Under the pieces are notes generated by a model. The model ran no database searches. It was not told where the DNA came from and saw only the letters and a list, made by a program, of their open reading frames with translations. This document shows, one piece after another, positions 63,680-64,000 of a stretch of DNA of 64,000 bases. Made by a program: the position numbers and the translations under genes. The DNA is from Octopus sinensis (taxonomy: Eukaryota). The DNA lies in the NCBI RefSeq assembly GCF_006345805.1, contig NC_042998.1, forward strand, positions 47,864,001 through 47,928,000. The letters run 5' to 3'. Positions within the stretch are counted from its first letter, which is position 1. The number at the start of each line of letters is the position of its first letter.

Positions 63680-64000
63680 AGGCGTGGCTGTGTGGTAAGA
63701 ATTAGGCTTCCCAATCACATGGTTCCGAGTTCAGTCGCTGATGAAACAAGTAAGGGAATATGTGCGTGTTACAACCAATTGATAACCGGTGTTGGTGTGT
63801 TTGCGTCCAATTAACTTAGCGGTTCACCAAAAACACACCGATAAAAAGAAGTGCCAGGCTTAGAGAAATACTAGGGTCGATTTACTTGACTAGAGCCTTC
63901 TAGTGACTAAGACAGACACACACACACACACTATATATATATATATATATATATATTTATTTATTATATAGAAGGAGCTTCTACAGGACTAGAACTGTTT

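Overview
AT-rich, repeat-saturated animal genomic DNA, most consistent with an octopus (coleoid cephalopod) intron or intergenic region. The organism call rests on my recognition of the SINE families and the very high microsatellite density, not on a database search. I cannot support any intact protein-coding gene. Nearly all listed ORFs are translations of (TA)n/(CA)n/(TATG)n tracts or of SINE bodies. The window holds one tRNA-Asp(GTC) gene (61321-61392) and four tRNA-derived SINE families in dozens of copies, many nested or dimeric. It also holds decayed CR1, RTE and Penelope-like retroelement fragments, hAT, mariner and fold-back MITEs, and two non-autonomous Helitron families. The most interesting signal is a dispersed set of hammerhead-ribozyme motifs with different sequences. 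Three have intact cores and plausible helices (33-103 minus, 48297-48383 plus, 55454-55488 plus), two have intact cores with one structural defect, and three are relics. Several sit in short units next to (TA)n tracts, which suggests several Penelope/retrozyme-like self-cleaving RNA families. Also notable are a perfect 79-bp-arm palindrome, a CR1 copy with an internal inversion, and a SINE dimer junction shared by five loci. All folds and alignments were done by eye, and coordinates of decayed repeats are approximate.
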